Shown here: positions 57,909 through 64,000 of the stretch, one piece after another
Layout of the letters: every line of letters begins with the position of its first letter
How positions within the stretch are numbered: position 1 is the stretch's first letter
Origin: Polyangiaceae bacterium
GTDB taxonomy: Bacteria; Myxococcota_A; Polyangia; Polyangiales; Polyangiaceae
Assembly: GCA_033763455.1 (NCBI GenBank)
Contig: JANRKO010000038.1
Location: forward strand, 21,204-85,203
Direction: 5' to 3'
DNA length: 64,000 nucleotides
Notes under the pieces: model-generated
What the model was told of the DNA's origin: nothing
Database searches by the model: none
The model's input: only the letters and a program-made list of their open reading frames with translations
Position numbers and translations under genes: made by a program

Positions 57909-59261
57909 TTACTTGCTAGACAAGATCTTCTCGTGCTCGGCTGCTAACGCTGTAAGCGCTTCTTTGGATGACTTTTTCCCATCCAATGCCTCGCCCAGCT
58001 GCTGCACGCTGGTTGCGATGAGCTCGTTGTAGCTGGGGACGTTCCAGAAATCTTGCAGGTGGTCCATGGAAGCTGCAAAAGCGGCGTTATACGGGCTGGC
58101 TTGGCTGAATTCAGGGCTCTTCAAGATCTCCTGGTTGGCCGTGAAGCCCCCCGGCTTCTTTACCCACTTCCTCTGCGTGTCCGACTTGAGAAACCAAGCG
58201 ATGAAACGCTTAGCAAGCTCCTGCTGCTTCGGTTCCGTCTTGGTAGAGATCGAGAAACCTTGCCCCCCAAGGCTTGCGAAGCGCCGGTCCCCCTGCTTGG
58301 GCATGACCATGAACCCCACTTTATCTCCCATCTTCTTCGAAAGATCGGGAAAGAAGGCGAAGTAGTTCATGAGCATCGCGGTCGATCCGTTGACGAACGG
58401 CTCAAGAGCTTCGCCAAATCCGAACTTGGTGCCGCCGGGGGGCGAGCTCTTGAGGAGCTCCTTCAGAAAATCGAGACCCCTTACGGCTTCAGCGCTGTCG
58501 AGCTTGCCGCGCACCTGCAACGTTGCGGGATCCCCCCAAGAGCCGCCAAAAGCATACAAGATCTGTTCAAACCCCATCACCACGTCGTCGTAACCGCGGC
58601 CAGTAATCAGCGCAACGCCGTAACGCTTGTCGTTCGGGCGCGTGAAGAACTGAGCGATTCTTTGGAGTTCTTCCCAGGTTTGGGGTGCAGTAAGCTCGGC
58701 GTGGTATTGAGCCTGGAAAGCTGCTTTTTCCTTAGGATCGGCAAACCAATCTTTGCGGTAAGCGAAGCCCATGGCGTCCGTTTCGCAAGGCGCCGCGAAA
58801 TATTTACCGCTCCCTGTGGGGTATTCAGACAAGTATTTTTTGGCGAGCGGATGCAACGTGTTGAGGTCCACCGCTTTCGGGAGCCAGCTCGTGAGATCGA
58901 GGTACAGGCCCTTGGTAGCACCACGCCCTAGCCACTGGCTATCTCCCACAACAACATCGAACGCCGTCTTAGGTTTCCCGAACTCTTGAAAAACTTGATC
59001 CTGAAAGCTCGGCCAGGGAAGCTGACGCACCACTACCTGCACATTGGGATCGAACTCTGCCGCAAGCTCTTGCAACCCATCCGCCGGTGCCCATTGCGCC
59101 CACCAGATAGTCAACACGGGCTTGGCCTCGGGCGCCTTCACCCCCGCAGCAGCTGCGCCGGACGCCTCAGGGGCCGGCGTGGACTTGCAGCCCAGAGCCG
59201 AGAAGCCCAACACTGCCGAAAGCGCAAGCCTGGAGACTTTGAAAACAAGAGCCATCTTCAT
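57909..59261 (-). CDS. Carbohydrate ABC transporter substrate-binding lipoprotein
   Basis: Lipobox ALGC; motifs WAQWAPAD, DVVVGDSQW, YRKDWF and PQTWEE. Confidence 0.9.
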   Translation of the reverse strand: MKMALVFKVSRLALSAVLGFSALGCKSTPAPEASGAAAAGVKAPEAKPVLTIWWAQWAPADGLQELAAEFDPNVQVVVRQLPWPSFQDQVFQEFGKPKTAFDVVVGDSQWLGRGATKGLYLDLTSWLPKAVDLNTLHPLAKKYLSEYPTGSGKYFAAPCETDAMGFAYRKDWFADPKEKAAFQAQYHAELTAPQTWEELQRIAQFFTRPNDKRYGVALITGRGYDDVVMGFEQILYAFGGSWGDPATLQVRGKLDSAEAVRGLDFLKELLKSSPPGGTKFGFGEALEPFVNGSTAMLMNYFAFFPDLSKKMGDKVGFMVMPKQGDRRFASLGGQGFSISTKTEPKQQELAKRFIAWFLKSDTQRKWVKKPGGFTANQEILKSPEFSQASPYNAAFAASMDHLQDFWNVPSYNELIATSVQQLGEALDGKKSSKEALTALAAEHEKILSSK

Positions 59262-59500
59262 ATTGGTTCCCAAGTTGAAGCCGGAACCTAGCGCTCAGCG
59301 AATCACATGGTCAAGCATGCGCCGTATGCGTCGGCTCCCAGCTATCCGACGCGAGGATGGCCAGGTGTACGGCGCTGCTAACAATAGAACCGAGAACGAG
59401 CTTTGGGGCGACGGGGCGGCAAAAAAGCCGCCACGCGGCGAGCACACCCGCTCCCCCTGGCCCGAGGCGGGCCTAACCACTACATTCCCGCGCCCAAGCC

Positions 59501-62500
59501 ATGACTGACCCCGCGAAGTCCTCGTTTAGAAAGCCTCTTCCTGAGTTTCACCTGCCCAAGCTTGAACACGAGATTTTGGCGCTCTGGGAGCAGTACGGAA
59601 CCGAGAAGCAGAGCTTGGCCAACCGGGGACGAAAGGCATTCGTGTTCTACGACGGGCCCCCGTTCGCGACTGGCTTACCCCACTACGGGCACCTGTTGGC
59701 TGGTACGATTAAGGACATCATCCCTCGCTACTTCACGATGCAGGGGTTTGACGTGGAGCGCCGCTTCGGTTGGGACTGCCACGGGCTGCCGATCGAGAGC
59801 TTGATCGAAAAGGAATTGGGGCTCGGCGGAAAATCTGAGATCGAAGCTTACGGCGTCCCGAAGTTCAATGCTGCGTGCCGAGCTAGCGTGCAGCGCTACA
59901 CGCGCGAGTGGGAAACCACGGTGCGCCGCATGGGGCGTTGGGTCGACTTCCGAAACGACTACAAAACCATGGACCCGGACTTCATGGAAACGGTGTGGTG
60001 GGTGTTTGCTCAACTTTGGGAAAAGGGCCTCATTTATGAGGGATTTCGCATCCAACCGGTGTCTCCAGCGCTTGGCACACCGTTGTCCAACTTCGAGGTG
60101 GCACAAGGCCCACAAGAGCGTGACCCGATTACGAAAAAGGAAGGGCACAAGCGCCGACAAGATCCGAGCATCACGTTGCGTTTCAAGCTCGAAGACGAAG
60201 ATGCCTACCTATGGGCGTGGACGACAACTCCCTGGACCCTCCCGAGCAACCTCGCGCTCGCCGTTCATCCCGACGTCGAATACGTGAAGGTTCGGCTCGA
60301 CGACACCGGTGAGGTGGCCTACCTCGAACCGGGACGTTTGGCGGATTATCAAGCTCGCGGAAGGGTCGGAAATACAACCGAGCTAACACGCCTCCGCGGC
60401 ACAGAACTTGTGGGCCGCTGGTACGAGCCACTGTTCCCCTATTTCGCTGACAAGAAGTTCAAAAGCGACGGCACTCGCTGGTGCTTTCGTGTTGTGGCCG
60501 CAACCTACGTGACTACCGAATCCGGCACGGGAATTGTGCATCAAGCGCCTGCCTTCGGTGAGGACGACTATCAGGTGGGTCTACGCGAGGGCCTGCCCGT
60601 TATCCGCCCCATGGGCTTGACCGGCATTTTCGACGAAACAGTGAGCGATTTCGCCGGCCAATTCGCCAAAGATGCCGACCGCGGCATCGTTCAGAAACTC
60701 AAGGGCGAGGGCAAGCTCGTTGATCAAGACACCATTGTTCACGCTTACCCGCACTGCTACCGGACCGAGCAACCGCTGCTCTACATGGCTCTCTCCACCT
60801 GGTTCATGCGAGTGGAAGAAATCAAAGAACAGCTGGTCAAGAACAACCTTGCGATCCATTGGGTACCTGAGCGCGTTGGCTCCGGGCGCTTCGGCAACTG
60901 GCTGGAAAGCGCGCGTGATTGGAATCTGAGTCGCAACCGCTTCTGGGGCACCCCTATCCCCGTTTGGCGTTGCGACCAAGACGCAAACGAACTTGAGTGC
61001 ATCGGCTCAGTGGAGGAGCTCACCAAGAGGGCTGGCCTACCCGCGGGCTCCATCAAAGATCTCCACCGTGAATCCATCGACGGCATCACCTTCCCATCAA
61101 GAAAGACTCCGGGCGGCACCATGCGGCGCATCACCGAAGTTTTCGATTGCTGGTTTGAATCTGGGTCGATGCCCTATGCCCAGAACCACTATCCGTTCGA
61201 CAAATCGAAAGTCGATTACGTTGAGCAGAATCTCCCCGCTGATTTCATCGCTGAAGGGCTCGATCAGACTCGCGGATGGTTTTACACGCTGCACGTCTTG
61301 GCTACGGCGCTATTCCAACGCCCGGCGTTCAAGAACGTTATCGTGAACGGCATGATTTTGGCCGCGGACGGCAAGAAAATGTCCAAACGCCTCAAGAACT
61401 ACCCGGATCCTAACGATGTCATGGAAACGTACGGGGCCGACGCGCTTCGAGCGTACCTTATCGACAGCGCAGTAGTGCGCGCGGAGCCGATGAAATTTGG
61501 CAAAGATGCGAGCGACACAACCGGTGAATGCGTCAAAGAAACGGTTCGGCTGGTGGTGCTCCCGCTCTGGAATGCGTACGTATTTTTCGCGACGTATGCC
61601 GTAGCGGACGGCTGGTCCCCCAAAGCTGGCGATCTAGAAGTACGGCCGAGTGGCGACTTGGATCGCTACATCCTGAGCCGTGTCGAACGCTTCGTGGAAG
61701 AGCTCACCCTTGAATACGAGCGCTACGAGCTTTCCAACCTGATCCCTGCTTTCACCCGCCTGTGCGACGACTTGAACAATTGGTACATTCGGCGCGGCCG
61801 CCGTCGCTACTGGCGTGCGAAATCTGAAACCGGCGCGCTCGACGGCGACAAACAGGAAGCTTACACAACGCTCTTGCGTGTACTCACGACGCTGACGCGC
61901 GCCATGGCTCCCGTTATGCCGTTCTTCTGTGAGTATCTGCATCAGCGGTTGCTGGTCGATACCGGCCTTTTACCCCCGGGTAACAGCGTCCACGCGCAGC
62001 CCTTCCCCAAGGCAGACAAATCCCTCATCGATCTTGAACTTGAGCAACGCGTAGAGGCGGCCCGCTCCGCCATCGCTTTGGGCTTAGTCATTCGGGAACG
62101 CGAGAAGATCGGCGTACGCAGGCCGCTTGGTCGAGTCACCATCGCAAGCCCCGACGCCAACGTCCGGCGTGCCATCGCTCACATGGCTGACGCCATCTCA
62201 GGCGAGCTGAATGTCAAAGAAGTCGTGGCCATTGCGGATGATTCTGAGTTGTGTTCACTGTCCGCCAAGGCGAATTTTAAGCGGCTCGGCAAACGCTTGG
62301 GGCCCAAGATGAAGGTATTGGCAGCTGCGGTCGAAACGCTCGACGCTGCCACCATTGCTCGCCTGGAGCGCGGAGAGAGCCTTGAACTCGAAGGTGAAGT
62401 GCTCACGCTCGAAGACATCTTACTCACGCGCTCGGCTTTACCGGGCAACGCCTCTGAGACGGCAGAGGGAGTAACCGTCGTGCTCGACACAAACGTCACC

Positions 62501-62785
62501 CCAGAGCTCGCCGCCGAAGGCCTCGCACGCGAAGTCGTTAGCCGCGTACAAAATCTGCGCAAAGACGCCGATTTCTCCGTAAGCCAGCGCATATCGCTCC
62601 ATATCGCCGCAAGCGGTGCGGTTGCAGAAATGCTCCAGAATCCGGAGCTTCGCGCCCTCATTCAACGCGAAACCTTGGCGCTTGAGCTAGAGTGCACGAG
62701 CGCGGCCGCTTTCCCACCAGCCAGCGTAAACAAAGCCGAAAGCATCGACGGCGAATCGATTACCCTGGGTGTCGCGGCAGCGTAA
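59501..62785 (+). CDS. ileS: Isoleucine--tRNA ligase, type II (eukaryote/archaea-like)
   Basis: Motifs DGPPFATGLPHYGH, GWDCHGLP, WTTTPWTLPSN, EGLDQTRGWF and KMSKRLKNY; C-terminal EGLAREVV..VQNLRK with no Zn finger. Confidence 0.97.
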   Translation: MTDPAKSSFRKPLPEFHLPKLEHEILALWEQYGTEKQSLANRGRKAFVFYDGPPFATGLPHYGHLLAGTIKDIIPRYFTMQGFDVERRFGWDCHGLPIESLIEKELGLGGKSEIEAYGVPKFNAACRASVQRYTREWETTVRRMGRWVDFRNDYKTMDPDFMETVWWVFAQLWEKGLIYEGFRIQPVSPALGTPLSNFEVAQGPQERDPITKKEGHKRRQDPSITLRFKLEDEDAYLWAWTTTPWTLPSNLALAVHPDVEYVKVRLDDTGEVAYLEPGRLADYQARGRVGNTTELTRLRGTELVGRWYEPLFPYFADKKFKSDGTRWCFRVVAATYVTTESGTGIVHQAPAFGEDDYQVGLREGLPVIRPMGLTGIFDETVSDFAGQFAKDADRGIVQKLKGEGKLVDQDTIVHAYPHCYRTEQPLLYMALSTWFMRVEEIKEQLVKNNLAIHWVPERVGSGRFGNWLESARDWNLSRNRFWGTPIPVWRCDQDANELECIGSVEELTKRAGLPAGSIKDLHRESIDGITFPSRKTPGGTMRRITEVFDCWFESGSMPYAQNHYPFDKSKVDYVEQNLPADFIAEGLDQTRGWFYTLHVLATALFQRPAFKNVIVNGMILAADGKKMSKRLKNYPDPNDVMETYGADALRAYLIDSAVVRAEPMKFGKDASDTTGECVKETVRLVVLPLWNAYVFFATYAVADGWSPKAGDLEVRPSGDLDRYILSRVERFVEELTLEYERYELSNLIPAFTRLCDDLNNWYIRRGRRRYWRAKSETGALDGDKQEAYTTLLRVLTTLTRAMAPVMPFFCEYLHQRLLVDTGLLPPGNSVHAQPFPKADKSLIDLELEQRVEAARSAIALGLVIREREKIGVRRPLGRVTIASPDANVRRAIAHMADAISGELNVKEVVAIADDSELCSLSAKANFKRLGKRLGPKMKVLAAAVETLDAATIARLERGESLELEGEVLTLEDILLTRSALPGNASETAEGVTVVLDTNVTPELAAEGLAREVVSRVQNLRKDADFSVSQRISLHIAASGAVAEMLQNPELRALIQRETLALELECTSAAAFPPASVNKAESIDGESITLGVAAA

Positions 62786-62935
62786 ATGCCAGCGCGTTAA
62801 GACTACTACGCATCAACGCTAGGGCCGTGCGGCGACAATAAGGCGCTGATACGCCTTCGGAGTTTGGCCGGTGCTTCGGTGGAAAAAGGCGCGCAGAATA
62901 GCTCGCATCGGCGAAACCGCACCGCGTGCCCCAAC

Positions 62936-63805
62936 CTAACGCTGACTCGTTCGCCACGTAGCGGCTGAACGTTCAACGTAGGCGGCCATCGTACCTGGAG
63001 GCCGGCCGAGCACCTGCGCAACTGTAGATACCACCTCTTCAGCGTCGCCATGCCGCAAGCCCACGTGAAGGATCGTCTGAATGATGGTTTGCATCCACGT
63101 CAATTTGCGTTTCGTGCGCAGATGCCAAACGTAACCTTGGATAGTTGCCGGTTCGTAACGAATCGGCCTCGATACCGCGCGAGTTAGCAGCTCTGCTACT
63201 TGAGTGAATGTTATTGCCTCGGGCCCGGTCAAAGCCAAAGCCTGGCCGGCAAACGCGCTCGGATTCTGAAATACGCTGGCGGCAACGGCTCCAATATCCC
63301 TCACGTCCACAAATGCCACACGCCCCTCGCCGGCTGGAAGAAAAATCCGATCGTCCTCGACGATGTCCTGTCGGTACGCCGACTCCATGTTTTGCGCAAA
63401 AAACCCGGGGCGAAGGATTGTCCACCTCTTCCCAGAACGCAGGAGATGGGCTTCAACTTTGTGGTGGGGGACCCACCGCATGCGTTCTGCTCCGGCAACT
63501 GAGAGAAACACAACATGCTCTACGCCCAGGGAATAGGCTGCATCGATAAACGGACACAGCGTATTTGCCATGTTCCCAACCGCGGGTGGACGCAATAGGA
63601 ATACCTGGTTGCAGCCGGTCAACGCAGAGGCCCACGTACTTGGTTCTCCGTAATCAAACCTCGCTTGCTCAACACCCGAGAAATGCTCATTTAAAATCGG
63701 TGTATGGCGATCGGCAACGCGAACGCTCAAGCCTCTATCGCGGCACTCCCGAACCACTTCTCGGCCGACGTTTCCCAAGGCTGCCGTGACAAGCACGCGA
63801 GGCAT
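62936..63805 (-). CDS. NmrA-like NAD(P)-binding protein (atypical SDR)
   Basis: Motifs VLVTAALGNVG, VFLS, WTILRPGFFAQN, VDVRDIG and LTGPEA. Confidence 0.88.
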   Translation of the reverse strand: MPRVLVTAALGNVGREVVRECRDRGLSVRVADRHTPILNEHFSGVEQARFDYGEPSTWASALTGCNQVFLLRPPAVGNMANTLCPFIDAAYSLGVEHVVFLSVAGAERMRWVPHHKVEAHLLRSGKRWTILRPGFFAQNMESAYRQDIVEDDRIFLPAGEGRVAFVDVRDIGAVAASVFQNPSAFAGQALALTGPEAITFTQVAELLTRAVSRPIRYEPATIQGYVWHLRTKRKLTWMQTIIQTILHVGLRHGDAEEVVSTVAQVLGRPPGTMAAYVERSAATWRTSQR

Positions 63806-63856
63806 TCGGCAACCCAGTACACCACTGCACACTCACCTGGCTAGCCTTAGCGCTAA

Positions 63857-64000
63857 CTCCCCGATCCGGTGGCATAGATGTTGATGCGGATTTTGAGGGG
63901 TCGCTGGATGTTGATCCGGCGCCGCGCCCGCGCAAGGGCGAGCAATTTAGAGGAGTTTGGGCGGGCGCGGAGCTCGATTTTCTGAGGCGAGGCGAGAGAG
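63857..64000. mobile_element. End of a second, inverted member of the 9128-9550 element family (truncated by the window edge)
   Basis: 63/74 identity, counted by eye, to the reverse complement of 9477-9550, starting exactly at the terminal repeat; weaker similarity continues for about 30 nt. Confidence 0.75.

Noticed and set aside
59415..59432. T-box or attenuator upstream of ileS (GGCGGC-A6-GCCGCC hairpin)
   Set aside because: Only a 6-bp stem; no T-box consensus or specifier loop seen.
62786..62990. Integron attC-like site near the NmrA stop
   Set aside because: No properly paired RYYYAAC/GTTRRRY boxes; the best-looking part lies inside the NmrA coding sequence, and there is no integrase.

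Overview
GC-rich chromosomal segment, most likely from a myxobacterium (Polyangiaceae-like). This is inferred from a MYXO-CTERM protein, a DUF1592/DUF1552 pair and many lipoproteins with Gly/Ser/Thr-rich linkers. Housekeeping content includes an isobutyryl-CoA-mutase-like large subunit, metB, dapD/dapE, sdhCAB, a type II ileS, two sugar ABC operons and one Fe3+/polyamine-type ABC operon. The most notable signals are: (1) a 423-bp non-coding, internally structured MITE-like element with terminal inverted repeats at 9128-9550, with a diverged second copy starting at 63857 and running off the window; (2) a coupled pair of surface lipoproteins, a SodC-like protein lacking the Zn ligands and a Tyr-ligated MauG/MbnH-type di-heme enzyme; (3) a RegB/RegA-type system with a His-rich sensor loop and RegA-like boxes 36-38 nt upstream of a His-rich outer-membrane protein and a cytochrome c lipoprotein; (4) a non-coding repeat array with an invariant 21-nt core at the left edge; (5) two AAA_14/DUF4143 ATPases, each with an upstream palindrome, apparently inserted into existing loci. 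No rRNA, tRNA or CRISPR array was recognised. All family calls come from reading motifs by eye, not from database searches.
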